Part shown: piece by piece, positions 1-11,707 of the stretch
Position numbering within the stretch: the stretch's first letter is position 1
How the letters are laid out: the number at the start of each line of letters is the position of its first letter
From: Octopus bimaculoides
Lineage: Eukaryota
Length of the DNA stretch: 64,000 nucleotides
NCBI RefSeq assembly: GCF_001194135.2
Contig: NC_069006.1
Span: forward strand, 18,975,997-19,039,996
Direction: 5' to 3'
Made by a program: the position numbers and the translations under genes
Notes under the pieces: generated by a model
What the model was told of the DNA's origin: nothing
The model's database searches: none
What the model saw: the letters and a program-made list of their open reading frames with translations, nothing else

Positions 1-453
1 TATACTCTTTTACTTGTTTCAGTCATTTGACTGTGGCCATGCTGGAGCACCACTTTTAGTCGAGCAAATCGACCCCAGGAATAAACTATTATCTTTTGAA
101 CCTCATTAGCTTACAGGTGTTTTCACTATAAGATGTGGTGGACTCATAATTGAGTGCTTCTGTAATACTCTACAGCTTCATCAGAGCTTGGAACATAAAA
201 TGCTCTTTGTTTGGGAAAACAAATACATTTAAGCATATATGGAGGAAAGTATCACTGATGTGGATGCATATGTAGTTCCTTTTAAGATGTTTTTTGTCTC
301 TTCTCACTCTAGATAACTTCATTTCCTCCTCACTTGTTCCTGTAACTCCTTTTCTGTCTCCTATTGTATAATATGCACACTTAAATACATACATGTATGT
401 TTGTGGAATCAACTCATAATAGATATTTTGTTCATCTTTCATTTTCATTCCAG

Positions 454-932
454 AGAAGATGAAATTGATGCTGTACCATTAAACAATTCTGAAACTAATA
501 CAGAGCCTGTGTGCATTGAAACATCCATCAGTAACTCTGATTCATTACCCAGTCTTAGTGAAACTCCAGAAACTAAAGCAGTGCCCATAATTAATGAAAA
601 TGACAAAAATGATGATGATTCAATACCCAAGCCTACAAAAGAAGGCAACAATAAAAGAAGAGCAATACCCAAATCTAATGAAGATAGCGGCAATAAAACT
701 GATGCGGTACCTCAACGTTGTAATTATCTTAGCAAGAATACTCCTGCTACGTTCATTCCTGAAGGAACTCGTAGCTATAATATGCAAGCGGCACTCCTTC
801 CCAAAAAGGATCCCAGAAAAGAATTTAACCCAAGATGCCATAAAGATGATCCATTTCACAACCAGCCAGACTCTTCTTATAATGATCATCATTCAGACGG
901 AGAAAAAATTTTAAGCATGTTTTCACAATGCT
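454..932 (+). CDS. Exon A of copy 1: acidic/disordered region with D|AVP motifs
   Basis: Acceptor ttttcattccAG (451-453) and donor CT|GTAAGG (933); lies within ORF 401..964. Confidence 0.75.
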
Positions 933-3900
933 GTAAGGCTCCATTCTTTTTTATATTTCCTTAGATAAATTCACCATCATTACTTTGCATTGCTTCCCTG
1001 TCATAATTTCTTAATTATCATTACTTATTATGTTGTCATCATTAATTTTCCATCGTTTCTTTATCATCATTACTCTCTCATTATTATTTACAAATATTCT
1101 TTGTAATCATTACTCCATCATCATTACTTCTCCATCAGTCTTTGTCAACCATTACTTTGTCATCATTGCTATTTTTACTTTGTTACCAATACTTTGTCAC
1201 TATTATTTTGTTATCCTTACTGTTTCATCCTGAATTACCTATCATTACTTCTACATCATCGCTTTGTTTTTACTTTGTCATAATCCATCATCATCTGATT
1301 TGGAAACTTACTTGGACCAACACAACTCTCCCATGCCAAGTATCCTGAACAAGCCATATGGCATGAACATCTAGCCTGGGTTTTAATCACCTTGGTCTTT
1401 CATGAGCTAAAATATCTCACTTGCACTTGCCACAGCTACAGATGAAAGCAGTGTTTCGCTAACTGAACAGGACAATACTGATTGCTGACACTTGTTGTTT
1501 GTTCATTCGCTCAGCATTTAGTGGTATTTGTCTCTGATTCAATAAATTTATTTGCCAAAATAATTCACATTCACCATGCTGCATCCCATAATTTTTATGT
1601 ACCTGGTCTCAGGTAGTTTCATGCTACTTAGCCTTTATCTGGGACTCTGACAGGTGCTACTACTCAGGCCAAAGTAGACCTGGGAACAACAGTGACTAAC
1701 AGAGGTGGTTCCACATTCCTCAAAACCCTGGAGCTCCTGAACTATTGGATGAGGTTTAACTCTTTAGCCTTTCATATCTAATAGTGATGTTTTCTTCTGT
1801 TACAGGCACAAGTAGGTTTTCCACAGGTTGGTAAATGCATTTGGTTTTCCACAGGTTGGTAAATGCATTTGGTTTTCCTAATGTTAATCTTTAAGCTGAA
1901 TTTTTGTGCAGCTCTAGCAAAATTACCTATCAGGTTCTGCATATCTTCAGCACTGTAGGCAACTAGTGCACTATCATCAGCATCTTTTGCAATAGGGCCT
2001 TCGAAGTGTGTGTCTTTGCTTTATACTGTGCAGCCTTGAACATATCAACATCATGCCACATCTAGGTGTAAGCCCCACTCCAACTTTCTTAAAGGCAACT
2101 TCCAACACTGCTGTGAGATAGAGGGAGAATAGTGCTGGAGCAAGTATGCACCCCTGTCGAACTTCATTTATCACTGCAACCTAACTTGAGGTATTACTAT
2201 TTTGTACTATAAAAGCTTGCATTCCTTCGTGTAGGGCTGATACTGTGTCAAAAGCCATTGTGACATCTACGTAAACTACATACATAGGCATGTTCCACTC
2301 AATGTATTTTTCCTGAATATTGCATAGACAGAAGATTATATCCGCAGTGCTTCTGCAATGGAAGCCACACTCAGTCTCAGGTAAGACAGATATACTCATT
2401 TAGTCTGTTTAATAGAATATGAGCCAAGATCTTCCCAGCTATTGATAGAAGAGATATACCTCAATAGTTTCCAGAGTCCACTCTACAACCTGTTTTGAAG
2501 ACAAGAATGATGCCTGTGTCTTTCCAGTCTTGTGGAACTGTTTCCGTCTTCCAGATCTAGAGCACAGTGCTATACAGGCTTTTAATAAGCTCTACACCTC
2601 CATGCTTCCAGATTTCAGTGGGTATTCAACATCTATCAGGTGCTTTACTTTCTTTCATGTGTTTGATTGCACCATTGAATTCATTGTAAACAGGTTTGTC
2701 ATCTAATGATTGGATGATTAGCTGTTGTGTCACCTTCTTGAGGGTGTCATAGTCCATGACACCGGGGATATTAAGTAGGCTAACAAAGTGATTGGCAAAT
2801 CTATCAAGAATCTCCAGTTTTTCCTGGAATACTGCTTGGCCACCAAGACCAATGAGTTTTGTTGCACCTCTACTCTGTGGCTCGCATACCATTCAAAGTC
2901 CTGAATAAAATGTTTTCATATCATTTTATCAGCATAATGCTGTAGCTCTTCAGGGTATTTGTGAACTAAACCCCCATACTTTGTGTGTGTGTATATATAT
3001 ATATATATATAAAGAGTAAAGGGTAAAGACCCCTTCAGTCATGAATGATCATGGGATTGCACCTAGAAGGTTCCCCTCTGAGGCACAAGTCCGGGTAAGT
3101 TTTTTTTGTGGAAAACCAGCAGTCATCCATGCATACCAGCCTCCCCCCTCTCCACACCACCGATGTTGCCCAAGGGAAAGGCAAAGGCCAATACAGCTTG
3201 GCACCAGTGATGTCACAACTCATTTCTACAGCTGAGTGAACTGGAGCAAAGTGAAATAAAATGCCTTGCTCAAGAACACAACACACAGCTAGGTCCAGGA
3301 ATCGAACTCAGTACCTCATGATTGTGAGCTTGATGCTCTAACCACTGAGCTACACACACACACACATGCACACAAAACGGGCTTCTTTCAGTTTTTATCT
3401 ATCAAATCTACTGAAAAGGTTTTGGTTGACCTGGGGCTATGTTAGAAGAGTCTTGACCAAAGTACCTTGCACTGGGATTGAACTTGGGACTATGTGGTTG
3501 AGAAGCTAACTTCTTAATACACAGCCATGCCTATGTATGTATTATATTCTCAAAAATTTATGCTCTTGTGCTAAGTTAGAATTTTATATATTTATTCTAG
3601 CGAATATTACTATTGGAACAAGCAATCTATCCATTGGTAACTCTAATATCACAAATGTATTCAGCTCAGAACCGAGGAAGATAAAATCCGAGCATCATAG
3701 GGAGAAATTCATCAAATATTTCAGTAAGTAAATGCAGTTTCTATTTGTTGATTTCATATTAATCTTTTTATTTGTTTCAGTTGTTAGACTGTGACCATGC
3801 TGGGGCACTGCCTTGAGGGATTTTAGTCGAACTATTCGACCCCAGCACTCATTTCCTTTTTAAACCTGGTAGTTATTCTATCAGCTCTCTTTTGTTGAAC

Positions 3901-3940
3901 TTCTAAGTTACAGGGACATAAACACACCAACACTGGTTGC

Positions 3941-3973
<33 letters not shown>

Positions 3974-6081
3974 GTCAGTTGATGGTGGGGGACAAGAGAG
4001 AGATGTATGGAATTGGGAGGAGATGATAAGTGAGCATGGCACCAGCAAGACTTACATTATTTGGAAAATGCAATGGAAAAAATACAGTGAAATTGTCATG
4101 GAGAGTTGAATGTCTAACATTTAAGATAGAGTGTGAAATCTGATGGCGATTTGACTGTTATTTCTAAACAAAAACGTAAATATCAAACATTTCAATATAA
4201 AATCTTAAGAATCATGGAAATATTTTTGCAGAGTCTAATACAGTACTGACTGAGAAACACCTCAACAAAATAGCCAAATACTTAGGGAATAAATGGAAGT
4301 CTGTTGGTAAGTATAAAATATACATTACTTTAGATGTTTGGCTTCTATCATATCTTTATGTCTTGTCTTTTACTTGTTTTAGTCATTATATTGTTGCCAT
4401 GCTGGGGCAGCACCTTGAAGAATTTTTAGTTGGATGAATCCAGTACTTTTTTTTTTTTTTTTTTTAAGCCCGGTGTTTATTCTATCAGTCACTTTTGCTG
4501 AACTGCTAAGTGATAAAGATACAAACACACCAACACTGGTTGTCAAGCAGTGGTGGAAACAAACATGCACACACACACACACGTGTGACAGGCTTCTTTC
4601 AGTTTCCATCTACCAAATCCACTCACAAGGTTTTGGTTGGGCTGGTGCTATAGTAGAAGACACTTGATCAAAGTCCCATGCAGTGGGAATGAACCTGGAA
4701 TCATGCAGTTGGGAAGCAAATTTTCTTACCACCCAGCCATCCCTACGCCTATCTAACTACAAAATAATGTTTAGTGAGTGCTAAGATACTTAATGTGATG
4801 AAGAAAAAATTTCAGTTGAAGTTGTTTTTGCTAGGAGGAGAGGAAAAGAATCTTAACCCTTTTGCTACCATACTTTTGTTGGAACTCTTCTTTTGTTGTA
4901 ATTAATGTTGAAAATAATGAATTTATGAATATAACTGTTTTGAGATTAAGCTAGTGTTTTGAATATAAATTTGCATAAAAATTTGGGTTCAAGATTTTAA
5001 TTCAAATCACTTAAAAAACAAGAAATTTGTAGCATAGAACCAAAGTCAGTATTAAAAAGTTAGTGTTAACAAAATCTAATTCTAGACGAAGGGAGACAAC
5101 TTCGAAATTGTAACGAATCAAAGTTTGAAACAATACAATGAGGAGATAAAGACATTATTAGCTAGAGGCTTAGTGAGTACAGTGGCAGGTGTGGACATAT
5201 TTTGGATACAACCTTTATGCTAAGTCTCAATCACGTCATCATGATCTTCCCTTATTTGGTAATATAGATCTTCTCACTTTACCTACCTTAATTGAATGTG
5301 TGAACAAGATGTGGACTTTGCAAGCCACGGATTACTCGTCTCAGAGATCAGTAACATTTTGACTAAGAAGTGATAAAAAGGGACTCTTTGATCCTCCCCA
5401 CATGAGACAACCACTCTAGTGTCACCCAGTAAATTCCATGCTTCCCTATTCTCAATCTTTTGTCTTTTATCTTTTACTTGTTTCAGTCATTCGATTGCAG
5501 CCATGCTGGAGCACTGCCTTCAGAAATTTTAGTCAAACAGATTGACCCCCCCCCCCCAGTACTTATTTTTCCTTTTAAGCCTGGCACTTATTCTATGATT
5601 CTCTTTTGCTGAACTGCTAAGTTACAGGGATGTAAACACACCAACACCAGTTGTCAAGTAGTTTATGTGCTTGTCTACATCACTTATAATCATTTCAGTA
5701 TCACTTATTATTATCTGGATTCTTTCTATTTTCAGTCCCCAGTTTCTGCTTATCTCCATTTCTAGATCTTCATATCTGGATATTTTTTTTTCATTATCTA
5801 TTTTTGTCCTTCGGAATCGATACATCATTTGCTATTATTATTCTTCTTGTCAATGATATAATATTTTATTTTCAGGTCGGGATTTAGAAATTAAAGACGC
5901 TATGCTGGAAAACATAGAAGCAAACTACTCAAATAATGTTGAAGAACAAAGTTTTCAAATGTTAAACAAATGGTTACAGCTTTCCAAGTCGGAGACATGT
6001 ACAACTAGCAAATTAGCTGAAGCACTCTTTGAGGCTGAATGTTATGATTCAATTCAATATTTACCATTAGAGGAGGAGTGA
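454..6081 (+). CDS. Spliced Imd/RIPK1-like death-domain adaptor, copy 1 (5'-partial); join(454..932,3601..3723,4232..4306,5876..6081)
   Basis: All three introns are GT-AG and phase 1. The join reads open for ~293 aa to TGA at 6079-6081: EDEIDAVPL...KILSMFSQC-S-NITIGTSNLSIG...KYF-K-SNTVLTEKHLNKIAKYLGNKWKSV-G-RDLEIKDAMLENIEANYSNNVEEQSFQMLNKWLQL...KLAEALFEAECYDSIQYLPLEEE*. The C-terminus fits the death-domain pattern (IA..LG..W..GR.L.I....I....EQ.FQML.KW....T...L..AL). The Imd/RIPK1 label is inferred from architecture. Confidence 0.8.
1940..2900 (-). mobile_element. Degraded RTE-type LINE reverse-transcriptase fragment in the exon A-B intron
   Basis: Frameshifted RT motifs: EVRQGCILAPALFSLYL; LPETECGF..RSTADIIF....QEK..E......YVD...AFDTV; ILDRFANHF. 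Confidence 0.8.
3014..3350 (-). mobile_element. tRNA-derived SINE
   Basis: tRNA-like A/B-box head at the 3350 end; body shared with the copies at 18230-18395 and 44960-45215. Confidence 0.7.
3601..3723 (+). CDS. Exon B of copy 1: RHIM-like core (NITIGTSN)
   Basis: Acceptor tttattctAG (3599-3600), donor CA|GTAAGT (3724), 123 nt, phase 1-1. Skipping it would create TAG at the A/C junction, so it is needed for the frame. Confidence 0.75.
4232..4306 (+). CDS. Exon C of copy 1: N-terminal part of the death domain
   Basis: tttttgcAG|AGTCTAAT...GTCTGTTG|GTAAGT, 75 nt, phase 1-1; encodes SNTVLTEKHLNKIAKYLGNKWKSV. Confidence 0.85.
4368..4750 (-). mobile_element. Major tRNA-derived SINE, shared by both duplication copies
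   Basis: Same consensus as 59535-59945; the same insertion is present, truncated, at 15640-15850. Confidence 0.8.
5876..6081 (+). CDS. Exon D (terminal) of copy 1: remainder of the death domain
   Basis: ttttattttcAG|GTCGG; 67 codons to TGA; AATAAA downstream. Confidence 0.85.
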
Positions 6082-6306
6082 TTATTAAAAAAAAAATGTT
6101 CTCCACCATGGTGTATGTCTTGAATAAGAAGAGCATTATTACATCATTTAATTTCTAAATATCTGCTTATATCAATATTAATATCTGTTTATACCAGTAT
6201 TAATATGACATATATTTAAGAACCAAAATCTTTTAAGTGCTTGGGGTCTCTATGGGTCTTAATCCAGCCTTGCCTACACATATATGTAGTTCAAAATATA
6301 AACAAC

Positions 6307-6324
6307 AATAAACCATAAAATAAA
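6307..6324 (+). terminator. Twin AATAAA polyadenylation signals, copy 1
   Basis: AATAAA at 6307-6312 and 6319-6324; both conserved in copy 2, and inter-copy similarity stops shortly after. Confidence 0.55.
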
Positions 6325-6444
6325 TTTTTATTTTTCAAAATTGTTGTGGGAGAATTCTGAACACCTACATGCGACTGAAAACGGACTAACAGATTTTCAA
6401 TAAATAAAGAACTGTGTGAACTATCAGGAAGTTGATAGCATTGA

Positions 6445-7330
6445 TTGTCCATATTGGTTACTACGTTAGTTTAATATCATAACTATATTTGGAGTAGTAC
6501 GGAGTGCATTCTGTGTTAACATAATAATACTGTGATAGGTTATTCTAGATAACCATATCCGAGTAATTATTTAGGTAATACTATTCTTACACACACGTCA
6601 TATTTTTGGTGATGAGGATATTTGAACCCATGCTGGACAGATTATTGTTTGAACATGGAAGATTTACTAGCTTTGGTAATTCAATTACAGAAACAGCAGT
6701 TGTTGGAATTGCAGAAGCAACAGCAGCTGTTAGTACAACGGCTTCAGAAGAAAACAGAAAATATATCAAAAGGATGTGTTATAATACTATTCCACAGCCA
6801 TACCAACAATCCACATATACAACTTTCAAACACATTTACCAATGTACAACCATATTGATAAATAAATTCCATAAGTAAATTACAACCACTCCTAAATACG
6901 CAACTAAACAGCAACAGCTCTATTAAGTCATACAGAATTATAATCCCAACCATCTTCCATAGTGTAATATAAAAGTAAAAGCTTAATGACCACATTATTT
7001 CAATCAATCAGTATATAGACAGGATGTGTAGTTCATTCTGACATGGTCACAAACTCCATCTGAGAGTTTGCATATAATCCAGAGGAGGGTACAACTTTTC
7101 CTGCTTACTTTAGAAGGTATGAAGAAATTTTTAAAGAAGAGTGCTCTGACTAGCAAGATGAAAAATCATACCCGACTTTTGTTGAGAAAGTTGGCATCAG
7201 CCAAGCATGAGAAATATTGAAATTACATATTACCAAAGAGACCAGGTTTTGAAGAAGATGTGAATATTTTGTCAAAGATTTTCGGCGGAAAACCTCTTTA
7301 TTTAATATGCATTGGTAATGCATGAATATT
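6445..7330 (+). mobile_element. Ty3/Gypsy remnant: putative LTR end, PBS and degenerate gag
   Basis: PBS-like TGGTGATGAGGAT at 6607 (complement of the tRNA-Ser(GCT) 3' end after CpG decay). gag-like MEDLLALVIQLQKQQLLELQKQQQ and EFAYNPEEGTTFPAYFRRYEEIF, with stops. Confidence 0.7.
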
Positions 7331-8379
7331 ACAGAAAAATAAGATGTATATTTTATTATATATACTGGAATTGTTAATAGGGATAGGGAATGTAAGAGAT
7401 TTAAAATTAATGAACTAACACCAGATATGTTTAAATAATCAATTTTTGTGAAAGGTTTAATAGCAAAGAAAAATGTGGAAATTCATAACCAAATTCTGAC
7501 TAAATTAGAGCAGAATCAGAAGTATTAGTGAGTAAAAAGAGAGAAAAATGACTGACAGCAAATATACTAATTACAGGGTGGCAGCGCTAAGCAGTGATGT
7601 ATGTAAATAGAAGGTTATTAGCAGCTCAAATATGCTAGAAGCATATTCCAAACCATAAAAATGCTGTTCACTGTGTTTTGCCACAGAGAAAACTTCTTGC
7701 TGTAACAAATGGTGTAAATAAACCAGCATCAGCTCACAGTGTGACAAAACACAGCAAATGGCTTTCTTATGGGTTCAAATATGCTTGAGACATATTTGAA
7801 CTGATATAACCTTGGACTTCCACTAATATCCACTGAAACAAGGTATCAACTAAGGTAGACACATGTCTAATATTATATATTATAAATAATGTTATACATT
7901 ATAACATCATATATCAATATGTATTGCCTTTTGGGCAAGATCGAAATGTAGTGCATATGTGTGTGTGCAAGAGTTCCCTAGCTTGCATATTAAATATTCT
8001 GTCAGTTAAATCTGGTCTGTCAGCTAGTGTCTGTCCTGGATAAACTTTGTGATACTGGTCGAGCAATGAAAATTAAATTATGGAGATGTATTTGCATAGC
8101 AAGTGACTTGATCTGAGATCCTGTGCTGAAACAAAATCAATTGCAGCATGGAAGATGACTGTAAGCCATTTAAGAATGCACAAAAAACTGTTAGATTCAC
8201 TTCTACATTTAAATTTTAATTTGTGCCAAAATATTTTCGTCACTCTGAAACCATGACCGATTCACTGACAAAACTTTGTGCTGCATCTAGATATTCTTAA
8301 ATGGCTTCTATAATGCAATTGTTTTTGAAAATGTTGAAGTGAATCTAATGGTTTTTTGTTTTCCTTGAAGCTGCAATTG

Positions 8380-8428
<49 letters not shown>

Positions 8429-8774
8429 TATAATGTAAAGAAACCACAAAAAGAAAAAAAGACCCTAGTGAAAAACAGCAACCCAGGATTTCGTGGATGA
8501 GATACATAAATATATTACTAATGATCCGATAAAGCAGAGACCTAGAAGATGAAATACGACAAAGCAGTTATTAACAGAACTTTTTTATTTTTATGAATTT
8601 TCACAAATCTTTTTCAATTCTGTCTTCTGCAATATGGAGTTAATAAGATGATGCAAAAAGAAAAAAAATTTTTTTAAATCCCCAACCCCTCAATTTTTTT
8701 TCGGACAGTCCGAATCTACCATTTGTTTCTCTTTATAATTTCCAAATAATTTTTTAATATATTTTTGGAAAAAA

Positions 8775-9265
8775 GTCAATTGACAGTCTTCACACTTTTT
8801 CACATAATCCTGGACTTTATGTGAAATGCCAGTGTCTGCTGCATGTCCATCAACGATATTATTTTCTACTCTAGGCATAAGGCCTGAAATTTTGTGGGAG
8901 GGAACAGTTGATTAGATTGACTAATAGTACACAACTGGTACTTAATTCATCAACCTTGAAAGGATGAATGGCAGAGTCGATTTCGGCAGAATTTGAACTC
9001 AGAATGTAAAGACATGAAATACCGCTAAGCATTTTGCCCGGCATGCTAACGATTCTGCCAGCTCGCCATCTTCAAGAAACATCTTTTCTACTCAAGGTGC
9101 TAGTTTCAAAATGTTTTTTGCATAATCATATCAATTCCATTATGCAGAGGACAGAATCGAAAAAGTTATGAGAGGTTTTAGTAGGTCAATTGACAGTCTT
9201 GACACTTTCACACATAATCTTGGACATAATGTGAAATGCCAGTGACATGCTGCATGTCCATCAAC
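8775..9265 (-). mobile_element. Two ~80-bp copies of an integrase Zn-binding-like fragment flanking a SINE piece
   Basis: 8775-8854 and 9185-9265 are diverged direct repeats reading GHAA..GISH.VQDYV.KC.DCQ on the - strand. Confidence 0.3.
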
Positions 9266-10169
9266 AAGATTAGCAGACAGCCAGCCATACAGTGGTACGA
9301 CATATAGTCTAAGTAGAAGAAAACCTTTTTAAGAGGAAAAATGAAGTTGGAAGAGTGGTGAAAAAGTTTTAGGTACTTGTGGTCGCTGTAACCGATGGTG
9401 TGCCAGTTCTTCTATGTGTGTATAAAGATATAATTAAAACAATATGTATACACCCACATAAATACACACACACATATACAACAAAGCCTAATGGTGTGAG
9501 TTTTCTAAAACTCCTTTAGGCACAAATGGTTTTCACAATATGCAAACCCAATTGTATGAATGGATCATAAGATTGAACTGCAAAGTAAAAATTTGAAATG
9601 GCGTTGACAATAATTTTTGTTTCCATGGATGCGCATAAACATGTACTCCAGCCTGGAAAACGCTATAACTGGTTAATGTGTATGACTGGGCATGCATAAC
9701 AGGACATACAGAGAAACTCCTTTTCTTTTAAATATATTACTAATGATCCAATACGACAGGCTTCTTTCAGTTTCTGTCTACCAAATCTGCTCACAAGGCT
9801 TTGGTTGGCCAAAGGCTATGGTAGAAGACACTTACCCAAGGTGCCATGCAGTGGGACTGTACCTGAAAAGTATGTGGTTGGCAAGCAAGCTTCTTACCAC
9901 ACAGTCACTCCAATCATTCACATAACCTATTTACATAATGTGAATGATAATATTTTGAAAACAAAAATGTTTAATATTTAATTTCATATGTAGGAGTAGC
10001 TGTGTGGTAAGAAACTCGCTTCCCAACCACATGGTTTTGGGTTCAGTCTCACTGCATGGCACCTTGGGCAAGTGTCTTCTACTATAGCCTCAGGCCGACC
10101 AAGTCTTTTTGAGTGCATTTGGTAGATGGAAACTGAAAAAAGCCCGTCGTATATGTGTGAAATTTATAC

Positions 10170-10543
10170 CCCTTTATTTGTTTCAGTCATTTGACTGTGG
10201 CCATGCTGGAGCACCGCCTTTAGTTGAGCAAATCGACCCCAGAACTTATTCTTTGTAAGCCTAGTACTTATTCTATTGGTCTGTTTTGCTGAACCGCTAA
10301 GTTACGGAGATGTAAACACCAGTATCGTTTGTCAAGTGATCTTAGGGGGACAAACACAGACACACACATATATATAAGACGGGCTTCTTTCAGTTTCCAT
10401 CTACCAAATCCACTCACAAGGCTTTGGTAGGCCCGAGGCTATAGTAAAAGACTCTTGCCCAAGGTGCCATGCAGTGGGACTGAATCCGGAACCATGTGGT
10501 TCGTAAGCTAGCTACTTACCACACAGCCACTCCTACGCCTATA
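10170..10543 (-). mobile_element. Near full-length major SINE
   Basis: Matches the family consensus, with an internal CA/TA tract; preceded by a + strand SINE head at 9990-10160. Confidence 0.8.
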
Positions 10544-10618
10544 AAAAACAAAAGATGAAGACAGATGTATGAACAACAAGTAAGTGTATTAGTTTCACGC
10601 TTAGGAAAATGAAGAAGT

Positions 10619-10654
10619 CTTTTACGTTTCAAGCCTATGCTCTTCATCAGAAAG
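10619..10654 (-). ncRNA. Minimal type I hammerhead ribozyme motif (Penelope pLTR-like)
   Basis: The - strand reads CTTT CTGATGA AGAGC ATAG GCTT GAAAC GTA AAAG: intact core, stem I, stem II and a GUA cleavage triplet. Confidence 0.6.
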
Positions 10655-11707
10655 GAATAAAAGAAAATAAACAAAGAGAGAACTTGTAGAGTTTAGCAGT
10701 CCAACATGGTGAATATATGTATGTATTTGTGTGTCTGTGTCCCCACCACCATCGCTTGTCAACAGATGTTGGTGTGTTTACGTCCCTGTAAGTTAGCGGT
10801 TCGGCCCAAAAGACTGATAAAATAAGTACTAGGCTTACAAAGAATATATCTTGGGGTTGATTTGTTCGACCAAAGGCAATGCTCCAGCATGGCTGCAGTC
10901 AAAAGTATAACAGAATAATTGTGCATGCATGCATGGGAGAGAGAGAGAGAGAGAAACTGATAAACTAAATACAATTTTGTAATTGAAATACCAGTGACTT
11001 TAAAATTATGTCCCTTGCGTCTGTGACTGCCACTACCACCCACTCCCACTTCATCTTGCTGTTTCACTTTCTTTTCCTCACCTTCGTGGGCAGCCACATA
11101 TCGTGTTTCTTGTGCTCTAACTTCTTGTTGAACATCATTCATAGAAAATAGTAGCGACCACCATAAAGAAATACAAAGGTTAGTTAACTTTTCAAATATG
11201 TTTTGGTTTTAAATAACCTCATTCTTTTTGTTAGTTTTTATTTTATGCTTGTTAGATCTCTATCAAATCCTGAAACTTTCTTTAACTTAGAATAAACTAT
11301 CTTAATACTGTGCTGCCAACCAGGAAGTACCTGCACTACATAAAACCACTTATAACTTTGTGTTTGTTTGGAATTTTCAGAAAATGTTTGTGAATCTGTG
11401 TTCTATACACATGAATTCATATGTGTTCTATACACAGGAATTCATATGATTATGAAAACTAAAATATTTGGTGTGCGTTTAAGGCAATATAACTTTATTT
11501 TAGCACAGCTCACAAATACCTCATGCCTTCCTTGCACTGATATTTATTGATATTTTTCAACGTTTTTCTCCCCATAAACTCATTTAATGGAATGATGATG
11601 CACTCAAGGGCAGTCAATTGCTGGGATTTATTAATAAGGAAAAATTTGAAAATTAGGGGTAGAGTTTAAAAAATTAAGAAAAGAAATGTTTTTTTCATAA
11701 TCATATG

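Noticed and set aside
239-316. MEESITDVDAYV... as the first coding exon of copy 1
   Set aside because: Available GT donors are phase 0, whereas exon A needs phase 2; not supportable.
1817-1880. Micro-exon candidates in a 30-bp tandem duplication
   Set aside because: Exon A joins exon B in frame without them, and the signals are ambiguous.
10759-11142. 127-aa minus-strand ORF (MNDVQQEVRAQ...)
   Set aside because: It has no recognisable domain and its second half runs into a microsatellite and a SINE.
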